Positions 13,201-27,404 of a stretch of 64,000 bases of DNA are shown piece after piece. Position 1 is the stretch's first letter. Each line of letters starts with the position of its first letter. The DNA comes from Eukaryota sp. GEM-RC1 (lineage: Eukaryota). Location: contig JAUFOQ010000003.1 in NCBI GenBank assembly GCA_040285855.1, positions 2,232,001 through 2,296,000 of the forward strand. Direction: 5' to 3'. A program made the position numbers and the translations under genes. The notes under the pieces are model-generated. The model did not search any database and was not told the DNA's origin. It was given only the letters and a program-made list of their open reading frames with translations.

Positions 13201-15579
13201 GACAAAGCGTTCTCCGCAGCATGTCTAATGGCTTTATCTCCATCCTGAGCACGATTAAGCAGAGACTTTACAATAGGAAGAAGTCCTGTTGGAGGAGAAG
13301 CACACGTGTTGAGGTGGGTATCAAAGAACTGAATCACATCACGTCGTTGAAGGACAGAATCAGCATTGATTAGTTCAGGGAAGTAAGGCATGAGTTTCTC
13401 CATTCCAACTAGTCCAATCCACTTGTCCATGGTCTCTTGAGCAGCAGCACGGAGCAATGGCTTGTTGACAGAAAGACAAGCAACTACTGGAACAAAGAGG
13501 ATCTTTGAGTAACGATCAATAGCACCGGTACCAATGGCAGAAATGATTCTCCCTATTAAATGAACTGTTTGAGTAGCAATGTTGGCGTTGGAATCACCTA
13601 AACGTAGACGGAGAGCATTTGGAAGGTCTGGACCAAGACTGGGATCAATGCAATCGTTTGCAGACGCAATGATTTCGTCAATATGACCTACTGCTTTCAG
13701 TCTCTCTTTCCAATTTCTACTGTTTAGATTGGACATTAACTTGGAAGTAAACTGTCCAGAAACATCAGATCTAGGAATTTCCAGTGTTGGAACTGCTGAT
13801 GACGTGATCGGCTCCTCAGATTTGAGTGTTTTGATTGCAACGATTGGCTCAGCACCTGCCTCTTTGGTTACTTTAGCCAATTCTGCTTCAATTGTAGTCA
13901 TTGCAGCTGGCTTAAACCCCGTTAAAAGAGTAAGGAGAGGATCACCAAGAATCTTCTTCATTGAACACAACAGTTTAACAACTGATTGACGTACGGCAGC
14001 ATTGGGATGATCAAAAGCAAGAGAACAAAAGTGAACAAGTTTAGAGACATCAATACTGACGAGAGCAAATGACTCAGCAATCTCAGACATTAGACTAACT
14101 ACCTCAGCTTGAGTCTTGGGGAGTTTGATAGAGGGAAGACACGAGTAGATAGAAGAAAAGACTAGTCCTGGAGTACAGTGCTTGCAAAGGGCACGGAGAA
14201 GGTCAGCGGAAGCAGTCTTGGCGCGAGTGTCAGTGAGTTTATCACAAGCGAAGTGGGTAAGGACGGGGACAATGTGAGGGTTGGCTTTCTGTTCTTCATC
14301 CATGGACTCAAGTAGAGTGGTGAGGATGGTCATCCCTTTGGCGATGACTTGGGTGTTGGTGTTGGAGAAAGTGTTAACACTGTGGAGAAAGACTGTCATT
14401 GAGGAGATGAAGTGAGATGAGAAGGCGGATGTGGACTGGATGACTTCAAGGATAGCGTCGCAGGCTTGGACACGTTCTTTCCACTTAGCAGAGTTGAGAT
14501 CGGAACTGTACTTGGTTATGTCAAAGGAATCAATGGTAAGAGAGGCCAAAGCATCGTCTACTGAGGGGGAGGGGAGAGGAGGATGAAAGAAGATCAGAAG
14601 GAGATGGTCCTGCATTGGTGATGACGGCTTTCCCTCCACCAACTGTTTGCTTCTTAGTAGCTGAAGGTTTAGCTGTGGGTGGGCGTGTTTTAGGTTTGGG
14701 CGCTGGTCTCGAAGTTTTTGCAGGTTCCTCAGATTTTGGCTTCTTGGGAGCACTGTGTGTTGTCGTAACAGCAGACTTCAATGTGGGAATATCAGCGCTA
14801 TCTATACATCTTATCGTTTCGGTTGGTTCAGAAATGGAACATCCTTCCACTGAATTAAGCTCAGATTCAATGTTACTCATCAAGGCCGGTTTGATTCCAG
14901 TCAAATGATTGGACAGTGACGGACCGAGAACCTTCTTCATCGAACAAATGAGTTGAATCGTGGCCTGTCTTACAGCAGCGTTTGGAGAATCTAGCATACT
15001 TTCAATGAACTTCATCAAACTGGGAATATCTACACTAACTAAAGCAAACGACTCTGTAAGTTCAGACATTAGCTTAATGATCTCAGCATGTGCTTTAGGC
15101 AATTTAATAGAAGATATACAGGAATGAATACGGGAAAATACTAAGCCTGGTGTACAATGTCGACAAAGAGTACGGAGAAGTTCCGCAGAAGCAAGTTTTG
15201 CTCGAGTGTCTGTCAGTTTATCAGCAGCAAAAGGCACCAAAAGTTCCACAAGATGAGGATTTAAGGACTCAGACTCAGGCAGAACATTCGCCAGGCTGAA
15301 AAGGATCGTCATACCCTTCGAAATGACTTGAGTATTGGTGTTGGAAAATGTGTTTACACTATGTAGGTAGACTGCAAGACATGATATAAAGGGACTCGAA
15401 AGTGATGGTTGAAGGGAAGAAACAGAGTCTATAATTGAATCACAAGCTTCCACGCGCTCCTTCCATTTGGGAGAAGAAAGAAGGGCTTCGTATTTAGCAA
15501 ATTCCGTCGACAGAGCCTCAGATACAGTTGGATCAGAAGGTAGAGGAGGAGCTTGACTAAGAAGCTCGTTAGGAATCAT
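10228..15579 (-). CDS. CKAP5: XMAP215/ch-TOG/Dis1-family microtubule polymerase (two frameshifts, ~14570 and ~12620-12660)
   Basis: TOG HEAT arrays with WKER, DKLTD, NAAVR, PRSDVSGQFTSKL...WKERL, DVILRW...L, and the C-terminal L.LKCL.KL region. Confidence 0.88.
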
Positions 15580-15666
15580 CGGTAGGGGTAACAGGAAATT
15601 TTGGCAAACCCCAACTCAGTCACACTAACTATCGACATCACCCTACTCTTCAACCATCTTGTCTTA

Positions 15667-18600
15667 ATGTCTGCATTAAATAAACTTAAAGAAGCTAAAA
15701 GAAAACAGATGAGTGGCTTGTCTCAACTAGAGAACACCCTTCTTGATTCTGCTTCTTCAACTTATCAAATGACCACACAAGAACGTGAAGACTACCTAGC
15801 AGATCTTCAATTTGAAGAACGTTCTCATAAGAGGGATGTTGGCTTCTCTAAAGGTGCAGAATACGTTTCTGAAAGTGAAGATGAACAAGAAGATACTAAC
15901 AAGACTAACAAGAACCAGCCTCGTATCTCAAAGTTCTTTGGAGTCTCTGCCTCTCGTAAACCCACTCGCAAGGTGGATGCTGCTTTCTCTGATGATGAAG
16001 CTGAACTCTTCGCGTCCTCCTCATCAGAAGAAGACCAACCAGTCATCACTGTCTCTTCCTCCCCCTCCACTTGCTGATGAACCTATTCAAATCGATGCAG
16101 AACCAGTTCCTATGGAAGAAGCTAAGTCGGAACCCATCACAAATCCTTTCCCTACTGTTACCTCCCTCAAACCTACACTTGGTTCTCCACTCAAACGCCA
16201 CATCTCCCCTAAGTCATTACCTACTCTACCATCTTTGTCTTCTCCAAAGAGTTCTTCTAAACTACCTTCTTCTCCGCCAAGTCTTCCTTCATTGACATCG
16301 CGTAAGAAAATAGTGCTGCCAAGGAATAATCTGTCTTATTATTATTACGAAATTCAAGAGGAGAGTAATATTCTCTATTTGTTTGGGAAGCTTGACAAGT
16401 CTTCTATTGTTGTTAAAGTTTCCGATGCACCTAAATACTTTTATATTGAAGCAGCTCAAGATGATGAGATCAATGCATTACTAACCTGTTTCCTCAACAC
16501 AATATTTAAAAATTTCTCAATTACTTCAGTTTTCAAACGAAATTGTTTTGGTGAAGCTAACCTTGGCAATACTGCACCTCGCCACTACTACAAGGTCTCT
16601 TATGTTCCAACAACAGATTTCAAACGATCATTCTCACTTCCCTCTACTCCAAAAGAGTTTGGGGAGTTGTACACGAAGTTCTCTGAATCAGAATCTTTGC
16701 CTTTCGTCAACATCCATGGGCTTTCCTATTCCCTTACTGAGTTGTTTCTATTAGATAAGGGAATTAAAGGACCCTGCTGGCTAACAGTGTCTAATTTAAC
16801 TCAAGGTAAGGGTGCTGTTGGTGATACGTCATTGGTAACGTCATCATTTAGTGACGTGTCAATTGCCAACACTCAACCTACGCCACCTACCCTTTCTGCT
16901 GCTTTTTTGAGCTTTAGATCTGTTCTGGATAATCAAAGTAATCATATCCCTCTACTTTTCTCAGTAATTTATTATCCAAATGTTGCTGTCCCTGAGCCCG
17001 ATTTTACAAAATCTGCAGTGTTCATCAGACCTTTGGTATCACGTGATTGTAAGCAAACTATTGATGCTGGAAAAATTAGATCAAATTTAAATTCTATACA
17101 AACTCTACGACACTCTGGTGTTAAATTCATTGTCTGTAATGGTGAATCGGAGTTGATTGGAAATATGATTGATTTGGTCTCTACTCTTGATCCAGATATG
17201 ATTGCCGGTCATGCTCTGATTGATTTCCTCCTTCCTATTCTAGGTGAACGTATTGTAAAGTTGACGGCTGGACTCAAGAAACATCTCCCCTGGTTCAAAT
17301 TTGGCAGGCTGATACGTCAACAGTCAGAAATCAAGAAATCATATGACAGATCACGTAAACTGACATCTGGGCGCCTCATTTTAGACACAATCATGGGTGC
17401 ACGAGAGTTTTTAACCCGGTCACGATCATTTGATTTGACTGAGCTCTCTGCACTCCTATTCAAAGAATCACGTGGTCCTTCCGATTCCGATTCAACCATT
17501 AAGTCGTTTATGACCTCTGATGGTCTTCGTAAGCTCTGTATAGCCTCAATCAATGACTCAACAATGTCATACAGAATAGCTGCCCACCTCAACCTTATTT
17601 CCCTTACCAATGAACTCTCCTCTCTTACTGGAGCTCCTTGGGGGGATGTTCTTCTGTTAGGAAGAAGTAGAAGAATTGAATGGCTGCTGCTTCACACCTT
17701 CCACCGTGATTACGTTGTTCCTGACAGGCTAACTCAAAAGCAAAAGAAGCAGGAAAAAGATGAAGATGAAACAACTACAAGTAAAAGGCAACCTACCTAT
17801 GCTGGAGGGCTTGTCCTAGAACCCAAAAGAGGTCTCTACACTTCTTGTATCTTAGTACTGGATTTCCTATCTCTTTACCCCTCTATTATTAGGGGAGTTT
17901 GATGTTTGCTTTACTACAATGCGTGTTACTGATGATAGTGGAGTTACTAGATGCAGTGAGGGTTCTGAGAAGGGAGTTTTACCATCAATTTTGACTGACT
18001 TGATCACGAAAAGAGGAGAAGTTAAGTCGATATTGAAGAAGAAGACGAGAGAGCTCAATCACACGTCACCAGGTCAGAATGACAGGCTCAAAGAGGAAGT
18101 TTCCCAATTGAACACCGAACAGCTTGCTATTAAACTTGTTGCAAACTCCATGTATGGTTGTTTGGGATTTAGCCATGCTAGATTCTTTGCTAAACCCCTT
18201 GCTTCCTTCATTACTAACATGGGCAGAAACATTCTCCAACGAACCATTGACAAAACTAATGAGATTGGGTTTGAGATCATTTATGGTGATACTGACTCAA
18301 TCATGGTTAATGCCAATACTTCTGACCCTCGTGAGGCCTTGGTAACTGCTGATCAGATTGTCTCAGTCATCAATCAAAGTGGAAGTTATCTAGAACTTGA
18401 GCTCGACTATGTCTTCTCCAAGATGTTACTCTTAAGAAAGAAGAAGTATGCAGCTTTACAGTGTGTATTTGGGGATAACAATGTTATAAGAGAGACTAAG
18501 TTGGAGGTGAAGGGAATTGATTTAGTGAGAAGAGATTGGTGTCAATTGTCGAAAATAGTTTCAAATGACGTTTTGAATGTTATTTTCAGTCAATCAACCG

Positions 18601-19638
18601 ATGATCCTGACTGTGTCGACATGATCAATCACAAAATTATTCAAATTCTGAAGGACCTGTGTGCTGCTCTTCATAACAATCAGATCCCCATAGAACAGCT
18701 CATCATCCACAAAGAGCTCAAATCTGCTCCAGAAGATTACCCCAACAAGGACCTACCCCACGTAGCAGTGGCCTTGAGAATGAAGGAACTCGGTTATCAA
18801 GTCTCTTCTCACTCAGTTATTCCCTATGTAGTGGCTTTGCTTCCCCCCTGAAGAAATAGTTTCCAATACTGGATTGGCTCCTAGATGTAGACTACCTCAG
18901 GAAGTTGCTGAAGGGAGGTATGAGTTAGACAAGGAGTATTACCTGAAGTCTCAAATTCTACAGCCTATTTCTAGATTAACTGAAGTTATTGAAGGAATGG
19001 AGACCTCAATGTTAGCTGAGGCGTTGGGATTGGATCGATCCAGGGATGAGGGTCAATCAAATAGCAATGTTGACGTTTCTAGTTATGTTAAGCCTGATAT
19101 ATTCGTTGATTGCATTGGATGTGGTAAAAGTTACAAGCTCAGATTCAATTCTGAACATCTCTATGGCCTGAAAGAGTTTAAGTCTACTTCAACCAGGAAT
19201 GTTGATTTGGCAGAATTTTTAACAGAAAATCCCTGCCCTTCTTGCTCTTTCCCACTGGAACACCCTCCTTTCTACGATTCTCTTTCTCGCTTCCTCAAAG
19301 TAGTCTGGCAGACTGTCCAGGACCAGGGATATTCGTGTGAATCTTGTGGTAAACAGTTCTCGAGGTTCAACTGTAAACCAAGTTGTGGAAGTTGTATGGG
19401 TGATGTGTCAATTTCTCGGGATTTTTCGATGTTTAATTTTGCTATTGCTTTCTATTTTATTAAGAAGGTTGTAAATCTATTTAGTGAAACTTCAGCTGGA
19501 ATGGTCAATTTTAAGACAAAATTGCAGAGTTTTCAAAGGAAGTTAGAATATTTAAATGTTGATCTCTCAGTCATTACCCCTGATTATTTTAATTTAATGG
19601 TTTCCCCTGCCACTGTTCCGTTTTTAGAGGATATGTAG
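15667..19638 (+). CDS. POLA1: DNA polymerase alpha catalytic subunit (three homopolymer frameshifts)
   Basis: LYLFGK, IKGPCWL, YAGGLVLEPKRGLY, LDFLSLYPSII, KLVANSMYGCLG, YGDTDS, LLLRKKKYAA, KGIDLVRRDWC, and two C-terminal Cys clusters. Confidence 0.95.
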
Positions 19639-20046
19639 AATGACGATTCAAGATATTTAAATATTTAGAATTGTCTTGAATGTAATTGTATTGATTATTG
19701 CAATCGCGTTTATATATTTAGCACAATTGTATTTATAGAATTATTCATTGAGATAACAATATTCCTCATCTTTGCTTCAGTTCATACAATAAATTGCCCA
19801 ATGATCAATTATATTGCTATAGATACTGCAGAGCTGCCAAACGACTCAACTCATAAGTCGATTGATTTGACTTGACTTACTCAAATGACTTGAGTTTAAA
19901 CTGGTAGTTCGAGAAGTTCGTTCAGTAGCGCACTCTCTTGTTTTTTACGCCCATTCTGCTTTAAAAATTGCATTTAGCGAGGGACTCTGTTTGACCAAAT
20001 TTCAGAAAAGTTCTTCCAAAAAAAGTCTAAGTTCAACTTCCAAAAC

Positions 20047-22871
20047 ATGACTCTACAATCGGATCTCACAGAGTTAATCGACACTATCACCAAGTTCTAT
20101 ACTGGAGGAACCGATGAAAAGGATCACAGTAGGCTTCACAACACATTGATGACATATATGAACAGTCCTGACGCCCTTCAGTTTGGCCAAGCTTTAATTC
20201 AACATGAAGCACATAACGTTGTGTTCTGGGGTGGAACCGCTATTAGTCAATACACTCAAAAATACCCCCAAAACATCTCTTCGGAGAACTCTGTTGCACT
20301 TCAGAACCAGGTTACCACGATCATGCTCTCGAAAAAACTTCCTGAGTATGTTGTTACTAAGCTTTGTACCGTCCTAGTTCGCCTTTGTCTCATCAACTTT
20401 CAACAACAACCTAACCCTATCCAGGATTTCTACTCTCGATTGTCTACTTCCCCAGTTCTATTCCTTCAACTCCTCACCATTTTCATTGAGGAGTTCGATC
20501 ACTTCCTTACCCTGGAACTTTTGCCTGCATCTGCCAGACCAATTGCCACGTCAGCACTTGATCACGTCATCTCATTCATCATTTCCTTCCTCAAAACCTC
20601 TTCTCATGTTGCTCCTTCGTTGATCTGCTTAGAAGCCTGGATAAACTCCATCCACATCACCCTCTCTGCTCTCCCCAACGACCTGCTCCCTTCACTTTCC
20701 CTCCATGTATCTTCTTCTCACTTCGTGATTGTATTGGGCGTTGTCTCAGCTCTTCTCCAGCACCCATTGAATCTAGCGCAGGCAAAGAACAGTCTAGTGG
20801 AGTTTCTGGCGGCTTTGGCAGAGTACATTGGGAAAGTAGGGGGAGAATATGGTGATGACTACCGGTTTGCTAATTTCTTGGTGAATTCTTTGGAATTCTT
20901 GATCGATGAATCAAAAGATGTTTCTATCATTTTGAAGTATCTTCAGTTCTTAATTCACCCACTTTCTTCTTATGAGTACAACTGTTTTGAAGCTGCGTGC
21001 CACTCACTGGAAAACTTGACAAATATTCAAAAATTCGACAAAAATTCCTTGCAGCCTATCGTTGGATGTCTTAAAACAATTGTCAATTTTTTAATTTTTA
21101 GAGTATCTGAAGTTGCCCGCCTTGAAGACTCCTCTTTCTTGGCTTTTTGTTTATCTCGTTCCAAGGATGCAGTAGAATCGCTCTTTTATTTAATTGGAGA
21201 AGATGTTTTTTCTGTACTATTTGAAATTTTAAGTACTGAGTTAGCCAAACAAAATTTGAAAAATGAGGAGTTATTCATTATTGGAACGTGTTTAACTTTT
21301 CTATCAAAATTGAGTGATCAATTGGGTAAAAATGAGCAGAAATGTTTGTTCATTTTTAATTTATTTAAAGTGGCAATGCATTACCTCGACCCTGAAGTAG
21401 CTTGTCCACTCTTTTTTAAATCTTCTTGCCTCAGCTTCTTTTTAAATTATCGTCACTTCATGGGTGAGTTTAATGAGCAATCCCCCGCTGAATTTTTTAA
21501 AATTTATCAATCGTATTACAGGTTACGCTTTCAACCCAAAAGAAGACGAATCTCTACATTTCACTTCTAAACAAATTTTAAAAAAGCTTTCCCATGAGTC
21601 AAGTGGTCTGTTAGCTAGAGAAGATTATTTAAATTTTCTTTCAAATTCTTATTTCTCTTGTAAAGATTGTTCCATTCGTCCTTTTATGGTCAGTTTGCTT
21701 CTTGGCTGCTCGAAGTTAAACCGTCAACTCCATTTCAGAGTCGTTTCAGAAATTGTGGAAAATTCTTTCAACGGAATATTGGAAATTTGTTCAAATTTTA
21801 AACCTGAAAATGAAGAAGCTAACACTCAATTGACCAGTTATTGTACAGTTATAGGAACAATTATGAGTACTGTCGAGGTGGAAGTTGCAGTTAAAGCCCC
21901 CAATCAATCAGATTTGATTGATGTTGATAAAATCGAAGTACTCGAGGCCGATGATTTCACCAAACATTTCACAGCAATTTTTCCAAAATTCTGGAACTCG
22001 TCTCATTTTTAATCAAGCAATCTCTTACTACTTATTGTTCTGTTCATCTTCTACTGGACCATGTCGTGAGGTATCTTTATATTTATCTACCTCAAAATAT
22101 TTCAAAATTCATTACTATTCTAATTGAATTTTTCAAAGTTTCCCCATGATGCCTTACACGTGCTTAGAACTTTGATTGTCCTTCCTACTTATAGAAATGA
22201 TTGTGTCTTTCAATTGGACTCAATCACGTGTTCAGTGTCACCTCAAGTTAGTAGAAATATTCATGACTTGACTCATTTGTTCACAGAACAATATTTAAAC
22301 CAATACTTTGCTTCGTTTAAGTCTTGCACTTCAAACACGGAACTTTTCAACACTGTTTTTGCCATTCCAGAAGAAGAATTTGTTAACTTAATGGATCCTC
22401 AATTACTCTTAACTATTTAGAAAAGTTCTTAACAAGGAACTTTTAATGTGTCAATGTGATTTGTCTAAGTTTATTGTTGTTCTTGGCTGTAAGTCCCTTC
22501 TTGTTATGGACCCTCAATTCAATGATAATGGCAACAAGTTCTTAACTGAAGTTTTTGACCTCACTACTGATCCTAATATGGCTCATCTATCAGAAGTGAT
22601 TGATATGACCAAAATCTGTATTGTTGAACATTTCGTAAGTTTATTCCGTGAAGGAAATTCTTACCCAGAGTATGTTGTATTATTGAATTTAGTTTTGCAA
22701 ATAATTAGGTCGACAGGTGGTCCTCAATTAGTTCGAGCAAAAATATCTGCTAAATTTGGTAATACTAACGAAGTTCTTACATTTGTGAATGCATTTGTTT
22801 TGTCCAAAACTGTACGCCAAATGAGCAAGGAACTGGCCAAATTTGAGAATTATTTAAGATATAAGAAATAA
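20047..22871 (+). CDS. Karyopherin-beta-like (importin-13/transportin/exportin-like) HEAT-repeat protein, split over several frames
   Basis: N-terminus resembles an importin-beta N domain (FY...HNTLMTYMNSPDA...VVFWG), YVVTKLC, CLEAWI. Helical throughout, with consecutive same-strand ORFs. Confidence 0.55.
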
Positions 22872-22963
22872 AACAGAAAAACATATATATTTTCTAGATA
22901 TTTACATCATAAGTCCTATAAAACTCCAATAAATTCTCACACAACTGTGATAAATTGATGAAC

Positions 22964-25900
22964 TTATTTGTTCCTTGTAGTTGTTGTCGCTTTTTCTTCT
23001 CCAAAAGCTTTTGTTCTTTTTTTCCTTTTCTTTGCGTCGATATCATTCAACATCTTCCTAGCATAATCAGCTTGATCACCTTCACCTTCCTCAATTGCAA
23101 GCTCCAAAGCTAATCTCAAATCGGGATCAATTTCCTCATCTTCTTCAGTCTGTTCTTCTTCCTCAGGGGGGAGATTCAGCAACTGAGTGAGATTCTTTAA
23201 GAGGATTAACAACTTCTTGAACTCCTACGACTAAATTTAGCACTAGTTCATGTAAAGTTTCGAAATCTTGTGGTGAAAGTGCAAAACAATAACATGACAA
23301 AAGAGTAGAAATTTCAACTATAGCAGAGTCAGTGCTTGGTAACAGCTCTAAAAGCTGGTAAATTCTGGATGGAATGTCAAGTAATAAAAGTTCAAAAAAC
23401 GATTCAGATAATTCATGAAGTTCAACCTCTGAAACATTGGTGAAGATCGTTGTGAACGGAACTTTTGGACAAGAGAAAAAGACGGGTTCATAGATAGAAT
23501 ATGTAGAATTCTTAGCTTCGGAAAGAAAACACAAGGACTTGGGGAAAAGCGAAAACCCACAAGAGCGAGCTAGAGAATTGCCATTTTTTAATAAATGTGA
23601 AAATATTTGAATACCAGAACGACGACTGAGTAGAGTTGGAGTGGAAAAATTAACATGGAATAAATCAAAATTGTTGCTAAAGATAAACCCAAGTAGATAA
23701 TCAACCATTAAATCAGAAAAAGGAACCATAGAATTCCAGGAAAGTATCAAAAAGACGACGTTATAAGTAACTTGACTGAGAGAGGATGATTTGTCTGCAT
23801 CAATCAATTTTTTAAATCTTTCCAAAAAGAAGTTAAAAGTTTGATAACTTGAATCAGCATCAAAAGAAATATCAAATGAAGCAATGAATACCAAAAATAA
23901 CGACAATGGTAGTAGATCCAAATTTGAAGACAATTTCAAATTTTTTGGAATAAATTTGGAAAACACTGGATTTTTCTTCAATAAATCATCCAACACCGTT
24001 GAATTTAACTTTTTCAGTAGGATTTCAAACAAATCCGCAACAAGTTCTCCCGGAAACTTAATCAATTGATTTCGTTCTTTCTTCTCAAAAATTTGAATAA
24101 ATGACTTTCGATCATATTTTGATACTAATTCCTTAACTTCACTTGAATCTTTCCCTTGTACTAACTTAACCATGTCACAGTTAAAAACTGAATGACTCAC
24201 CATGGAACAATCACTAACAATCAAATTAAACCCAAGTTTCCCAATCAACGACCCCAACAAAGAGCTCAAATCAACAAGCCAATCAAACTTAGGAAAAGGG
24301 TCCAATCCAGTCCCAAAGGCTTTCACTGTAAACTTGTACCCCCATTCGGTATTAGATCCGTCAGTTTTAAACTTCATATAGATTGAATCCCCTAGTACTT
24401 TAATAGGAGTATCAGGCCAATCATTAGCTCTTGTACCGCTGTAAGTACCAACGACATCTTGTTGATTTGGTCGTCGACTTATTGTAAGAGAATCGTATCG
24501 ACGTTCTGTAGCACATTGAGCATCAAATTCAAGCATTAAGTATTCAGCACCTGCAAAAACACACGAATCTGTATAATCTTGGTCATTGTTATAAGGGTGA
24601 ATGACGTTGCCTTCCCCATCGTGATTCTCGATAGATTTAGTACCAATTAGTAAAGGTCCAGAGTAAGAATCATTTCTGGGAACGCATAGAGTGGAGGTGG
24701 TGATAGTGGAATTTGAAATTTTTAAAAGTAGGTCAGAAAGATGAATAGCATCATTTGAAATTTCACTGAAAGTCTTAGCTAGACTTGGGGTATATGAAAA
24801 GCTTAATTCAAACAGCGTCGTAATCATATATCCAAGACAATGATAAAGAGGGGTTTGTTCTAAGCAACGTTTTGAAACTTTCGAATCTTGTAGTAAACGA
24901 GAACAATTCTTGATCAACAAGTGACAAATCTTTAGGAAAATTGAAATGAGTGGAAATTCGTCAGTGACTACGACCTTCTTTAAATCAGACTTCAATCTAC
25001 CACAGAAGTCACGGCAAGTCCTGGCAAGGAAATCATTACACGTCATCATGAACCACTGGTCAAGAGAATTCTTCGGGTGTAGATCAGAATCAGAACCTAC
25101 ATCAAAAGCAATCATACACACTTGTTCCAAAAAGGAAAGTGATTCTCCACTACAAACGTTATCAATCATTTGAGATAGACGTCTATCTGATTGTTCCTTT
25201 TCTGAAGGAGACACAACGTAATAAGAAATAAAAGGAAGAGAGCAGAACCCTGATAAAATAGAACATTTAACTGGAACCGGATAAGTATTCTTTTCAAAGA
25301 CAGTCCATAAAAGTTTTCTTCTCAAATTGATAGTTGGAAACAACACTTCAAGAGCTATTTCGAAAAGTTTACAGCTGAGAATAATAAATGATTCACAAGG
25401 ATCACTATCCAAGACGGTCAAAATCACTTTCCTAATTCGACTGATCTCTTCTTCGACAAATAAGTAAGAAATACAATGCTGAACTAGAAACATTAAATGC
25501 CGTTCAACTAATCTCATACAGATACACATCAAGTCAGAATTCGGTAAGACATACTTGTCAATACTACTAGAAAAGGATTCCATTAAAGAAGCTATAAGTT
25601 CAAAGGTTTCTTTGAAAATGTCGTAAACAAAAGGCTTGGTTGATCCATCATTATCGTCAACTAACGTCATACAAAAGGGGAGTCCCGTGTGGCAGTCCTA
25701 GTCTATCCAATTGAACCAAAAGAGCAACTCCAAGAGTCATAGGGTCAAAAGTCGTTGACTTTGGAAGACTTTGAAGGACTTCTTGAGAAAGAAAATGATT
25801 AGGAGACACAGCTCCGTTCTGATAGCTATAATGATTTGAGCCATATTGGAACTCCTGAATCACGTTACCAGTTTCCTTAAAGATACAACAGATTAACCGA

Positions 25901-27358
25901 TCATCCACGTGAGAATAGCTCAAAGTACAAGGTGTAAACGTGGCATTCTTAACTGATTCTAGAGTGTTTAAATCATAAACTGAATACTCAAATACTGAAA
26001 GATTGTCCGTTGGTTGACAGTATCCGATTAAAAAAAGAACCAGTGTTAATAAAAGTCAAAAGACCGAGGCTACTATCTTTAACAAATGATGACAGGAAAG
26101 TTGATTGGTTTGAAGGGAAGGTCTTCCACGTGATGTCGACGTGATTGCTTACAAGAGAGTCGACTGTGAAACTTCCGAATTTGAACACAGATTGACCTTC
26201 AACGTCTTCTCTTTTCACAATGTTTAATTGACTCTCATCTGCAAAAAAGCAAACATCTTGATTATGAAAAGGGTTCGTAATACGATTGATTACCTTTAAA
26301 GAAAAAGAGTCTAAAAGAATTAATTCAGGTCTTTGAGGAGAACAAACAACGACAGTATACTTACTGACCGCAATGTGACCCCCATAGCCATCAACATGAT
26401 TGGAGTTGAGCTCTTTCCACGTGATTTGATTGTGTAGTTGCCCCCTCATTGAGCTACCGTTACCTAGTCCTATTTGAGATATTCCCACTGCATCAACTAC
26501 ATAAAGGTATCCATATCCAACAGCCGCTTTGGATGTAGCAGCGATACGATGACAGTCAAGATTAGCTGGATAAGCAACAGGATTAAAGGTCACCCAGGTC
26601 GTAGAAGAATCGTTAAGAGAAAGTGAAGGAGGTTCAGGGGTGGTACTGGGGTGGGAAGCAAGATCTGAGTAGAGAGAGCCAATGTCAATGGAGGGAATGG
26701 TGGGGGATATTGAAAAGGAGTTGGGGGTGGGGATAGACAAGCAGCTGGCAATGAATGAGAGAGAGCAGAGAACGGAACCCGTGGTGAAAGGGATTCTTGA
26801 TATGAGGGAAAGAGCTTGGTTATAGAGTGGTGGTGATAGAGAAAAGTCTTTGAGGTAGAGGTTGGAGAGATTCTGCATGATTTTAAACCAAGTAAGTGAA
26901 CATTCGTTGGAGGAATCGACAGAACGAGGAAGGATAACAGAAGAAAAGGTATCTAGTAGAGAATCAAGAATAGAAGGGTTAGAGATAGCAAAATGCGAGA
27001 GAGTATGCAGTTGGAGGAAGAGGTTCAACTGGAAAGTAGAGGAGATTTTGGATGACTCTGGGACTTTCTCCTTGTTGAAGGTAACAGACATGTCATGTTG
27101 GAGCATGGATGCAGCGTATTCGTTGACTTCTGTTAGGTTAACAGAATAGATTTCGGATCTGGTTTCCAGGAGTTTAATAAAGTAATCATAGGCAGAGGCA
27201 GAGTCATGACACTTACTGGTTATTGAAGGGTTCTTGGATGTGTCTTCTAAGTTCCTTGGAGGTTTGATGCGAGCAAACCACACTCTGATGAATTCAGAAT
27301 CATAGAAGTTTGAAGGAAGAAGTTGTCTGAGGGCAAGGGCTGGTTCGATATCAGACAT
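22964..27358 (-). CDS. Large protein with HECTD4/MYCBP2/ZZEF1-like N-terminal region, CUB-like domain and C-terminal UIM-like motif (frameshifted)
   Basis: GYGYLYV...GISQIGLG.G...RG; HPYNND...FAGAEYLMLEFDAQCATERRYDSL...WP...FKTDGSNTEWGYKFTV; DPDLRLALELAIEE. Confidence 0.6.
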
Positions 27359-27404
27359 TCTGAAACAGTCTGAGTGGAGAAATTGTTAATGGGAAAATCT
27401 TCTA

